Source: a virus
Taxonomy: Duplodnaviria; Caudoviricetes
Direction: 5' to 3' (one strand)
Virus record (IMG/VR): IMGVR_UViG_3300032212_000042
Location: 1 to 42,115 of that record
DNA length: 42,115 nt
The position numbers and the translations under genes are program-made. Under the pieces are notes generated by a model. It saw only the letters and a program-made list of their open reading frames with translations, made no database searches and had not been told where the DNA came from. Shown here one piece after another: positions 9,586 through 17,195 of the stretch; the first letter of the stretch is position 1; every line of letters starts with the position of its first letter.

Positions 9586-9999
9586 TCAGAAAGGAATGTG
9601 TTCATCTTGTTGAAAATCCTGCGCTTCTTGAACTGGTGCTTGAACTGGTGCTTGCTGCGTATTCTTTGCAGCACGAACACGGATGCCACCGGTTAACTTC
9701 CCGCCGAAAGACACATTGGGGTCATTAAATAAAACGATCTGCTTGCCAGTCCAGTCATCCGTGTTCTCAGAACCCACAGCTTGAGCACATAACTGAATAT
9801 TTGTCCAGTTAAGTACAAATGGTTTATTATTTCCATCTGATGCAATATTCTCTCGAATATGCATAACCCATTTCATTTCTGGCGGTTGGTTTTCAGGCGA
9901 TAAATCTTCTTTAATAATTCGATCAATGGTAACCAGTTTATCCGGCGTTACATCTTCTTTTTTCAAGTACTTAGTTTCTTTCATCTCGTTGATGTTCAT
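9586..9999 (-). CDS. Putative phage single-stranded DNA-binding protein
   Basis: KYLKKED...LNWTN...DDWTGKQIVL...GGIRVR core, QAPV-repeat linker, acidic tail ending DEHIPF; start moved to ATG 9999 after AGGA. Confidence 0.6.
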   Translation of the reverse strand: MNINEMKETKYLKKEDVTPDKLVTIDRIIKEDLSPENQPPEMKWVMHIRENIASDGNNKPFVLNWTNIQLCAQAVGSENTDDWTGKQIVLFNDPNVSFGGKLTGGIRVRAAKNTQQAPVQAPVQEAQDFQQDEHIPF

Positions 10000-10048
10000 A
10001 TCAGTTTCCTGTTTTGTGTGCATGCTTTTAAAAAGGAGCAAACGAACC

Positions 10049-10300
10049 TTATAGTGATAAATAATCTTTAAGTAATGTATTAAGCTGCCTGCCTTCGCAC
10101 TTAACGAGCCTTAATCTCCCACTAACAACTATTTTTTCGTCATTGGATAGATCATAATAAACGGTTTTAATATTGGCTGCACATTCGTATTCGTCTTGGT
10201 CTTTATTTATTTCATGAGCAATACTATTCACGGCTACATCTATTTTATGATAATTCATAGGGTCAGTCCCTATTTTTGGATATAGCTTATGTATGTTCAT
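10049..10300 (-). CDS. Hypothetical protein
   Basis: GAGGA RBS; 83 aa. Confidence 0.6.
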   Translation of the reverse strand: MNIHKLYPKIGTDPMNYHKIDVAVNSIAHEINKDQDEYECAANIKTVYYDLSNDEKIVVSGRLRLVKCEGRQLNTLLKDYLSL

Positions 10301-10319
10301 TATCTATCCTCTGTTAATA

Positions 10320-10446
10320 TGGTCGGTGAGGCTGGATTCGAACCAGCGTATTAAACTTTCGTAACTGTTCCTCTCTTGCCTCTGCTATTGCGACGTCGTT
10401 AAGGTTGCAGAGATTAGGCACCTGTGTATCATTACACCACTCACCG
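10320..10446 (-). ncRNA. tRNA-like RNA (tRNA-Pro-type acceptor stem, D-arm, T-arm, encoded CCA) with non-canonical ~75-nt central region
   Basis: CGGTGAG/CTCACCG-ACCA; D-stem GTGT/ACAC; T-arm GCTGG-TTCGAAT-CCAGC; no canonical 5-bp/7-nt anticodon arm. Confidence 0.75.
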
Positions 10447-10457
10447 TTATTAGGTAT

Positions 10458-10843
10458 CTATGGTCACTGTGTTTCAAGTGCTAGACTGCATAGCCAGCCA
10501 TATAGTGGGCTTACTCGCCCTTATTATTCGTAATTAGGATGGGCCTTTCACCCAATCGATATATATTTATGCAATTCGTCTACAGTTTCGCTCTGCCTAA
10601 CAACGACTCTATCCAAAAAAGTAAATGCAAAGGGATATACTTCCCTAGATTCAATTCCCCGTTATCAGGCCATGCCACGGGAAAAGAGCAACTGAAAGGG
10701 GGTCTACTCCTCGGCCTTAACTCGGTTAATAATTATGTTATTTATGGGCGGGCACCCTTAAGTATATCTACTCGTTACACTTGCCAAGCATAACGCCCTA
10801 GCTGATCTTTCAAACGACGAGGTAACAAGCGACCCTCACAGCT
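10458..10843 (-). ncRNA. Putative structured ncRNA(s): tandem multi-stem modules, three with TGAAA T-loop-like hairpins
   Basis: Nested stems read by eye at 10458-10505, 10537-10614, 10630-10706, 10746-10798 and 10800-10843; no credible sense ORF. Confidence 0.5.
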
Positions 10844-10859
10844 ATTATCATCACGTCCG

Positions 10860-11063
10860 TCACTCAGGGGCGGCACTCCCTTTGCTTGCATGAACTCGGT
10901 TAATCGCTTCACTCTCTTCAATAAAGCTCATCATTGCATCAAGGGCTTTAGTATCTGGTTGCTGTTCCACGTGAAACTTATCATAAGCCGGATCTAACTC
11001 AGGACAGAACGTGTCCTGCATGTTATCACCGTGTAGTCTGTAGTTGTGTCTAGTATCTTGCAT
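10860..11063 (-). CDS. Hypothetical protein
   Basis: GGAGG RBS before MQDTRHNY. Confidence 0.55.
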   Translation of the reverse strand: MQDTRHNYRLHGDNMQDTFCPELDPAYDKFHVEQQPDTKALDAMMSFIEESEAINRVHASKGSAAPE

Positions 11064-11574
11064 AACGCCTCCTCCATTCATCTATATTCTTAAAATTAGA
11101 GAAATACTCTTTTCCATCAATAATTAATCTCCATTTATCCCATTCGGCGCATATCCTTATATTGCTTCCAGTCCAAGGTTTAAGACCTGCTTTTTTAAGC
11201 AATTGACAGCCCCTATGTGTAATATAGTCATATTTTTCTTTTTGAATGTCACCATTATCTAGCCTTACCTTAAGCAATCCACTATGGATAAATGAATGAC
11301 AGCAATGACACAGCGCGACAAGTCTTTTTAATTTTACTTCACCTGTCTTGTAGTTAATATCATAATCTTCATGGCACTCAAGCCATTTATGGTATTTTGC
11401 ATCTGACTTATGTACGCCACATGCAAAACAGTGATAGCCTCGTTCTGCGTACACTTTTTGACGTTCTTTGTCATACCAATTTTTTCCCATTATTGTTCTT
11501 GGGTTAACTCCGTGAAGGGGTTTTGGGATATTTGGATGACATAATAATCTAGGCTCAATCATGATGACCGTCAT
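11050..11574 (-). CDS. HNH-type endonuclease
   Basis: CFAC...LECHE...LVALCHCCH..IH zinc/beta-beta-alpha-metal pattern. Confidence 0.7.
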   Translation of the reverse strand: MTVIMIEPRLLCHPNIPKPLHGVNPRTIMGKNWYDKERQKVYAERGYHCFACGVHKSDAKYHKWLECHEDYDINYKTGEVKLKRLVALCHCCHSFIHSGLLKVRLDNGDIQKEKYDYITHRGCQLLKKAGLKPWTGSNIRICAEWDKWRLIIDGKEYFSNFKNIDEWRRRYARY

Positions 11575-11778
11575 TCCCCTGCAAATCTATTAAGACATTA
11601 ATAAAGTATTCGTAAGCTTCCTGCCTGTCCTGTTTAGGGATAATATCCATAATGGTTCTCACGAATGACTTAAAAGCATGTTCTAAATTCTCTATTTTGT
11701 TTAAATTAACCATAATTCATTCTTTCATTTATTATCTTAGTCGTCTAATCGTTTGTTTTTATGATGACAAAGGTGAGT

Positions 11779-12162
11779 TTATAGATAGTTAATCGCTATT
11801 CCGTTCAAGATAACATGCATTATGTTGTCTACAATAATTAGCAGCCAGACAGCTAACCAATCCGGTCTGTTCCTGTGATACCCGGTGTTTTTGCAGTTCT
11901 CCCACTCGTCTCCACCCCATACTCTATTATTAGTCCACACAACGTATCTAGCCAGTCTGAAACGATCTATAAAAAAGTGAGTTCCTGCAATAAATAGGAG
12001 CGCAAATACTGACTGAGTAATAAAGACGAATGGGATTGTGTAAAAAATAACGTGTACTAACGCCCATTTACTACTCGTTGTTTTGTTTATGGCCATTTTA
12101 TCGGACTGTAAAATATAATCACCAATAGCATGCGCCAGTAAAATATCTGCTGTTATAAACAT
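11779..12162 (-). CDS. DUF3307-family membrane protein
   Basis: AHAIGDYILQ...HVIFY...HFFID...VDNIMH conserved His/Asp pattern in TM helices. Confidence 0.75.
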   Translation of the reverse strand: MFITADILLAHAIGDYILQSDKMAINKTTSSKWALVHVIFYTIPFVFITQSVFALLFIAGTHFFIDRFRLARYVVWTNNRVWGGDEWENCKNTGYHRNRPDWLAVWLLIIVDNIMHVILNGIAINYL

Positions 12163-12287
12163 CTTATCCTCTCTATAGCTCGATTTACAATCCTTAATTC
12201 ACGTCTTATCCGATCAAATACAATCGCTTTACTTAGCCAGTAATTGACGTTAAATCGCTTTATATGGCCTCGTAGTCGTCTTTTCAT
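12153..12287 (-). CDS. 44-aa Arg-rich peptide (not in ORF track)
   Basis: ATG directly after upstream stop; fills the gap to the DUF3307 gene. Confidence 0.35.
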   Translation of the reverse strand: MKRRLRGHIKRFNVNYWLSKAIVFDRIRRELRIVNRAIERIRCL

Positions 12288-12581
12288 TTAATCACTTATC
12301 TCGATTATCGTTTTTTCTTCTTTGCTTTTAATGCTTTTAAGGCGGACTTCCTTGACGTATTTGGTCGAATCGTCTGCAAGTATTCCAGCTCTAACAAGAC
12401 CGTCCAGTACGGCTTTAACTGATATTCCGTCTGGGTCGTGTTTAAGTTTTCGGTAACTTGTAACTGTGATAGTGACGAGTGAATCAAATCCCTTAATTTC
12501 TTTCTTTCCCAGGGGTTCATAGCCAGTATTCTGTTCCACGTTGGAAGTGGATACGGTAGTTCTATTGTTATCTTCATTCAC
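12288..12581 (-). CDS. RusA-like Holliday junction resolvase catalytic core (frame B)
   Basis: VTITVTSYR..HDPDG..KAVLDGLVRAGILADDS..V...TIIEI matches the RusA C-terminal two-thirds; GTG start. Confidence 0.65.
   Translation of the reverse strand: MNEDNNRTTVSTSNVEQNTGYEPLGKKEIKGFDSLVTITVTSYRKLKHDPDGISVKAVLDGLVRAGILADDSTKYVKEVRLKSIKSKEEKTIIEISD
12305..12577 (-). CDS. Overlapping ORF carrying a RusA-like N-terminus (frame A)
   Basis: MKITIELPYPLPTWN...WERKKLRD resembles the RusA N-terminal strand/PPSxN/helix; ATGA-coupled to upstream gene. Confidence 0.55.
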   Translation of the reverse strand: MKITIELPYPLPTWNRILAMNPWERKKLRDLIHSSLSQLQVTENLNTTQTEYQLKPYWTVLLELEYLQTIRPNTSRKSALKALKAKKKKR

Positions 12582-12762
12582 CTGCCAACCCCATCAATCT
12601 CAACATACATAAATAATCCTCAGCTTCTTTCTTAGTATCAAAGAGCATCTCGTTTACAAAATCATTAACTCGTCCCCGGTTACGATCAATTACCCATCCT
12701 GATTCACTGGCTTTAATCGCTCCTTGAGCTGTTTTCACGGAATGATAATTAATTATGTACAT
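12574..12762 (-). CDS. Hypothetical protein
   Basis: 62 aa; FDTKKEAEDYL motif common in small phage proteins. Confidence 0.55.
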   Translation of the reverse strand: MYIINYHSVKTAQGAIKASESGWVIDRNRGRVNDFVNEMLFDTKKEAEDYLCMLRLMGLAGE

Positions 12763-12968
12763 CTTTTTTCTATGTACCCCTCAATCTGTACTAACCCCAT
12801 ATCATCAAGCATTGATTTATTTGGCCTTCTTCTGCCTTTAGTGACAGCAGATATAAAAGATATACTTACTTTGTAATGCTTAGCTGCTTCTGCTTGAGTA
12901 CGATAGTTTTTCCTCACATACCAGAAAAACCTTTCTGCTGCATCAGATGTATTTATTTCATTCATCAC
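12753..12968 (-). CDS. Cro/XRE-type helix-turn-helix protein
   Basis: TQAEAAKHYKVSISFISAVTKGRRRP HTH pattern. Confidence 0.75.
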   Translation of the reverse strand: MMNEINTSDAAERFFWYVRKNYRTQAEAAKHYKVSISFISAVTKGRRRPNKSMLDDMGLVQIEGYIEKRCT

Positions 12969-13242
12969 TAAACACCTTATTAATTATTTTTAATAAATCC
13001 TGTTTCATCAGTCTAGTAAACATGTCAGATTCATGAGTAAGATCAATTAGCTTTTGCTTATAAGTATTACTTAACTGATCAATCTCTTTATCATGAGCAT
13101 CTTTAAGCTTGTTATATTGGGCTTCTAGTTCGGCTTCGTGCCATGATAGAATTGATAGTGCTAGTTCATAGCGCGATTCATCATATTTATTACAAGGCCC
13201 TTCACAGAACCCACCACAACTATTGCATCTTGGTATAGTCAT
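12958..13242 (-). CDS. Hypothetical protein with N-terminal Cys cluster and coiled coil
   Basis: CNSCGGFC...C. Confidence 0.55.
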   Translation of the reverse strand: MTIPRCNSCGGFCEGPCNKYDESRYELALSILSWHEAELEAQYNKLKDAHDKEIDQLSNTYKQKLIDLTHESDMFTRLMKQDLLKIINKVFSDE

Positions 13243-13337
13243 TCGTCTTTACCTGCGTTTAAAATTGCTTTTTCTTGTGATCGAGCTCCCACACCCATCT
13301 ATCAAAGCTGGTTAACCATGCCCAGGTGTTTAGTAAT

Positions 13338-13769
13338 TCATTCATGTGTTAGTGCCTTAAATTCATTTTGTTCTAATGACTTATAAACTGTTATTCCATC
13401 ATTGTTTTGCGCATAGGGTAAAAATACTTCTGTCATATCTGCCATTTCAGCATCAACTATGGCTAATTGTGCCTCAACCCAATCCTTGAGGATACGCCAT
13501 GCAACCTTAGCGGCTTGATCTTTTGATTTCAGTTTTTTTGGAACTTTATCATCATTCATTAGTGCTTTATAAACGCCTTGCATATTTGCCGGTAATCTAA
13601 AAAAAATCATACCGTGAGGTGTAGCAATACGAAATGACATAGCACACATGACAGCATCATCGTCATATTCACAAAGCACAGCCTGAGCTTTTGCTATAGC
13701 TAGTTTTTTTTGGATTTCAGATGCTGTTTTTTCAGCATTTATTGATGTTGTGTAATTTAAAATAGCCAT
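13338..13769 (-). CDS. Conserved hypothetical phage protein
   Basis: AGGA RBS; NYTT...EIQ..L...VAWRILKDWVEAQLA...FLPY pattern I recall from phage hypotheticals. Confidence 0.7.
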   Translation of the reverse strand: MAILNYTTSINAEKTASEIQKKLAIAKAQAVLCEYDDDAVMCAMSFRIATPHGMIFFRLPANMQGVYKALMNDDKVPKKLKSKDQAAKVAWRILKDWVEAQLAIVDAEMADMTEVFLPYAQNNDGITVYKSLEQNEFKALTHE

Positions 13770-13817
13770 ATTAATTCCTATATACTCAGCACATTAAATA
13801 TTAAATTCTTTTTGATC

Positions 13818-14092
13818 CATCTCTAAAACTACCCCACTTTTCGATATAGTGTGTTTGTTATGTCAGGAACTATTTGATTTTTGAAATATCATCAACCTGA
13901 TACATTAGTTTAGCTGATTCAATAGCTTTAAATACCCATTCCGGCATTGTTGGAACGCCTGTTCTATAATTAAGTATCATTTTTCTTTGTGCTCTTACTA
14001 ATTTTTTCAGCACTTTAATTTCTTGTTGTTCATTCATCTCTAAAACTACCCCACTTTTCGATATTACGGTTTTGTTATGTCGGGAACTATTT
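13818..14092. repeat. 58-bp imperfect direct repeat (13818-13875, 14035-14092; 52/58 identical)
   Basis: CATCTCTAAAACTACCCCACTTTTCGATAT-N6-TTTGTTATGTC(A/G)GGAACTATTT. Confidence 0.9.
13870..14037 (-). CDS. 55-aa hypothetical protein (not in ORF track)
   Basis: MNEQQEIKVLKKLVRAQRK...; start and stop both lie inside the flanking 58-bp repeats. Confidence 0.6.
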   Translation of the reverse strand: MNEQQEIKVLKKLVRAQRKMILNYRTGVPTMPEWVFKAIESAKLMYQVDDISKIK

Positions 14093-14294
14093 ATGCAACA
14101 TGACCTTTTATCTCTTCTATATTTTTAATCACTGCCTTGTATTTAAATATATGATCGCCAGATAAATACGCTTCAAGCTGTTTTGGTATTTCATCTATTT
14201 TACAATCCATGTATGCAACATCAGATCCTTGAATGACATGTCCTACCGAGTCATTTTTAGTTATTGCTAATCTTTGGTAATCGACTTTATACAT
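14091..14294 (-). CDS. Hypothetical protein
   Basis: TAATG coupling, 67 aa. Confidence 0.6.
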   Translation of the reverse strand: MYKVDYQRLAITKNDSVGHVIQGSDVAYMDCKIDEIPKQLEAYLSGDHIFKYKAVIKNIEEIKGHVA

Positions 14295-14503
14295 TACTTA
14301 TCCTTCCCAGCCAGTTCACGGGCCTTGTAGCAGGCTTTTATGAAGTTATCGAAGTCATCCCAGTCGCATAATGCCGTATTATCATCATCACCAGATTCGT
14401 AAAACACTAAATAGTTATTTGAATATGTAACCAAGTCTCCAGTACCGCAAAATTTAATATGTGTTGGCTTCTTGTCTTCATCTCTTATATCTATTGTTTT
14501 CAT
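14294..14503 (-). CDS. Hypothetical protein
   Basis: 69 aa ORF in leftward operon. Confidence 0.6.
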   Translation of the reverse strand: MKTIDIRDEDKKPTHIKFCGTGDLVTYSNNYLVFYESGDDDNTALCDWDDFDNFIKACYKARELAGKDK

Positions 14504-14527
14504 GTTATTTCTCTTTACTCGTTAGAT

Positions 14528-15059
14528 ACTTCAATTATCCACATTAAAGTAGTGCCTCAACACCGCTTTGCAGTCCATTTTCTGTCGTATAAACAGCACT
14601 AGGAGCAAAACCTGACTTACAAGTGCTTAGCCATTGTTCATATGTTGCTGTACTCGAACCAAATGCAGAAGCATTGTTATCGGCCAGCCACCTTGCTAGC
14701 TCTTCTGGTGTTTTGAATGCTGGGCTTATTGGTGTTCCTTCTGTTGTTGTTTCATACATCATTAAATGCGTTTTTTCTTCATCTTTGAAGGAAGTCATGT
14801 AATCACACTTTTCAGGTCTTTCTCCATTCCATTCTGAATAGCTTAATTTTTTATTTTCTTCACTAGCGTAGTCTGGGTAATTGCCTGAATTCCATTCAAT
14901 GCATTCTTTATCCCATTCATTTGCGTCTAGTTCAAATGGCCCTTCAAATAAAGGAATATATTCGCCGTTGTCTTTTTTTGGATGCTCCCAGTTTTTAGGA
15001 ACCATTCTTACTTCTCTACCCATCATCTTCTCCAGTATTTAACTTCAATTATCCACATT
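14528..15059. repeat. 18-bp direct repeat pair ACTTCAATTATCCACATT (14528-14545, 15042-15059), each containing TTATCCACA
   Basis: Exact copies flanking CDS 14544..15026. Confidence 0.85.
14544..15026 (-). CDS. Conserved hypothetical phage protein
   Basis: GGAG RBS; MGREVRMVP..WEHP...MYETTTEGTPISP.F.TPEELA pattern. Confidence 0.75.
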   Translation of the reverse strand: MMGREVRMVPKNWEHPKKDNGEYIPLFEGPFELDANEWDKECIEWNSGNYPDYASEENKKLSYSEWNGERPEKCDYMTSFKDEEKTHLMMYETTTEGTPISPAFKTPEELARWLADNNASAFGSSTATYEQWLSTCKSGFAPSAVYTTENGLQSGVEALL

Positions 15060-15086
15060 CATAAACTTAAAGATAATTCATATTGT

Positions 15087-15446
15087 TTATGCGTTATTAA
15101 CCAAGCTTATTAAAGAAACAGGGCTTTCAATATAATAAACTTTCTCGTAAAACATGCCCTTGATCCTCAAAACCATATCTTTTATAGTGCTTTCTGCGAA
15201 TAAATATTCATATCCCTGATTTGTGTCCCATTCAATAAAATAAAATAAATTTCCTCTGGCCTGAATGATATATCCACCCGCAGTATCACCATAAAATGAA
15301 TAACTTAAATGTAATGTTTTTCTGCCTCTTCCCCAGTTCGATTTAGCCACACTGCCTCTAATTGCATCAGGGAACTCATCTGAGAGCTGTTTTCGTATAT
15401 CTTCAATATCTGACACAGTTTTCATAACATTATCCTTATGATTCAT
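15087..15446 (-). CDS. Hypothetical protein
   Basis: 119 aa; start uncertain. Confidence 0.55.
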   Translation of the reverse strand: MNHKDNVMKTVSDIEDIRKQLSDEFPDAIRGSVAKSNWGRGRKTLHLSYSFYGDTAGGYIIQARGNLFYFIEWDTNQGYEYLFAESTIKDMVLRIKGMFYEKVYYIESPVSLISLVNNA

Positions 15447-15636
15447 TAATTTTATCTATCCTAACAACAGGTTTTACTTTTCTGCCTGCTGGCATATCAA
15501 TATATTCGCCTTCACCAAAAGCCACACAGCAGAGAACCGTAAACTTACCTTTGGGCTTCTTAGGTCTAATGAACTGTTTATACCTAACGCCTTTCCAGTA
15601 GAATTGATCTTCATATTGTAAATCACTGATCTTCAT
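15436..15636 (-). CDS. Hypothetical protein
   Basis: 66 aa; overlaps neighbours at duplicated junctions. Confidence 0.6.
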   Translation of the reverse strand: MKISDLQYEDQFYWKGVRYKQFIRPKKPKGKFTVLCCVAFGEGEYIDMPAGRKVKPVVRIDKINES

Positions 15637-15650
15637 TAATTTTATCTATC
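15442..15650. repeat. 19-bp direct repeat pair TTCATTAATTTTATCTATC (15442-15460, 15632-15650)
   Basis: Exact copies; two consecutive ORFs both end in IDKINE and each copy contains the next ATG. Confidence 0.85.
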
Positions 15651-16198
15651 TCGTTTTGAAGTAAATGCTTATACTCAGGATAATGCATTCCCTTGGGTGC
15701 TGGGTAGGTTAGATTATGCTTAATAGCAAATGCGTCCACCTTAGCGTACTCTCTCGGTACAGTTAGTTTTTCCTTTGGCTTATCCACTATCTCCCATGTC
15801 TCAAGAAAGTGTTGTGAAGGGCCAAGGAAGGTACTTAGCTGCATTACATAGCGTGGCTCTATTCCTTCATGTTTAACATAGGCAGCGTACCGTTTAATTC
15901 CATCTATCATGTCTTTTTTCCATTTATCATCTATTCCATCATGTGGAAAACCTCCATTTATTGGTATTCTCGCATTCCATGCCCTAAATGCATCTACCTT
16001 TGAGTTTGAATGTGGCTTTCTACTAGGCTTTAGCTTCCAGGCTTGCTCAAATGACTCTGTATAAACTCTCTCTGATGCTTTACGGGTTTGTTTAGGTTTT
16101 TTAGTGGCTATATAACCATAATCTCCCTTAATAACTTCCAGCCCTAAAGCCTCAAACCCTGCAATAATTAACTGCTTAAGTTCTGATATCTCATTCAT
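15623..16198 (-). CDS. Putative replication initiator/replisome-organiser-like protein
   Basis: FEQAWKLKP...SKVDAFRAW...GIKRYA...YVMQLSTFLG..F helical domain typical of phage initiator C-termini. Confidence 0.55.
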   Translation of the reverse strand: MNEISELKQLIIAGFEALGLEVIKGDYGYIATKKPKQTRKASERVYTESFEQAWKLKPSRKPHSNSKVDAFRAWNARIPINGGFPHDGIDDKWKKDMIDGIKRYAAYVKHEGIEPRYVMQLSTFLGPSQHFLETWEIVDKPKEKLTVPREYAKVDAFAIKHNLTYPAPKGMHYPEYKHLLQNEIDKINEDQ

Positions 16199-16386
16199 AA
16201 TTCACCTATTTCATATTTTGTATCTAACTTCTCCAGTGCATTTACTATAAGATTATAGGCTTTGGTTAAGTCATTAGACTCCGGGTCGTCAAAATTAGAA
16301 AAAATAAGATTCCCCATTAAATACAGTATCGACTGAATTTTAGCTCTATTAGTCAGTAATAAATATTGATCTTCTGTTACCTTCAT
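16195..16386 (-). CDS. Hypothetical protein
   Basis: AAGGA RBS; ATGA overlap. Confidence 0.6.
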   Translation of the reverse strand: MKVTEDQYLLLTNRAKIQSILYLMGNLIFSNFDDPESNDLTKAYNLIVNALEKLDTKYEIGEL

Positions 16387-16397
16387 AATTTATCCTT

Positions 16398-16613
16398 TTA
16401 ATAAAACTTAAACTCTGGCCTTATGTTTTTAATTATCGAATCGCGCCACAAAAGAATCAATAAGATAGGCCAAAATAAACCACTAACTACTGAAAACACC
16501 ATATCCTTGTAGTAATCCTCCTTGGCAGTGTTCGGATACGCTTTTTGCCAGAAATTAAAAATAAGGCCATAACTCAGAACAGCTACAATCAAGTAAGAAA
16601 ACAATATAATCAT
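16398..16613 (-). CDS. Small two-TM membrane protein
   Basis: AGGAG RBS; two hydrophobic helices, LFWP motif. Confidence 0.65.
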   Translation of the reverse strand: MIILFSYLIVAVLSYGLIFNFWQKAYPNTAKEDYYKDMVFSVVSGLFWPILLILLWRDSIIKNIRPEFKFY

Positions 16614-16624
16614 GACAATCTCCT

Positions 16625-17000
16625 GTTAGTTTCTATCTATTATCCACATCTAACCCATCATAGATAATCAGTCTTTTTAATTATTGATTAGTTTTGTTTA
16701 TGTAGTTTATTTTAGACAATAGTCGTCATATAGACCTTAAGGGACACTACAATTGAATTCCTTAAGGTTCTTTTAATCTCTTTGTTTTCTACTCTTCCAT
16801 AACCTAGATATATAATATAATTATCAAGAACCATCAAGCATCATGCTAAATTGGTCGTAAATCCTACCGTGTCCACTTAACTTGTTTTACCGTCGGTCTC
16901 AAACGGTTATATATATCTGTTCCACTTATTGTAAAAACTTTGTTCTATTCACGCATTTTTATACTGGTGCTGTTGGTGACCCGTGCCAGTTAGATTAATA
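16625..17000. other. AT-rich non-coding region, candidate replication origin
   Basis: No ORF of 60 aa or more; TTATCCACA at 16640-16648; two CCTTAAGG palindromes forming an inverted repeat ~16734-16769; close to initiator-like gene. Confidence 0.3.
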
Positions 17001-17001
17001 A

Positions 17002-17133
17002 CTAGGTTAAAAGTATTCCAATTGTTGCTTTTGAGTATTTTTCTTCGTTACGGCCAATATAAATATTGAAGCCTTTGCTAAATCGTCCAAGAATGAAAAA
17101 TATAATGCAATAAAAATATAGTTCGTATTCCAC
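17002..17133 (-). CDS. 43-aa membrane peptide (not in ORF track)
   Basis: GGAG RBS, GTG start, hydrophobic N-terminus. Confidence 0.45.
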   Translation of the reverse strand: MEYELYFYCIIFFILGRFSKGFNIYIGRNEEKYSKATIGILLT

Positions 17134-17195
17134 AGTAATATCTCCAATTAATTAAAATTCAGGCTACCCCTATTGGAGTGCCTATAAGTGGTTAT

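Noticed and set aside
10320-10446. Canonical tRNA, tmRNA or attP remnant
   Set aside because: No anticodon loop; too short for tmRNA and no G3-U70 Ala pair; both tRNA halves are present and no integrase is seen, unlike an attP 3' fragment.
10539-10793. 84-aa plus-strand ORF in the ncRNA region
   Set aside because: Opposite to the surrounding operon, no motifs, and the region is better explained by RNA structure.
12505-12511. Lambda-type slippery heptamer G-GGA-AAG in the RusA locus
   Set aside because: It is phased for frame B, and a -1 shift there meets TAA within four codons; it cannot join frame A to frame B.
13818-14092. Integron attC sites
   Set aside because: ACATAAC/GTTATGT-like ends are present on one side only, there is no convincing full-length hairpin, and no integron integrase is seen.
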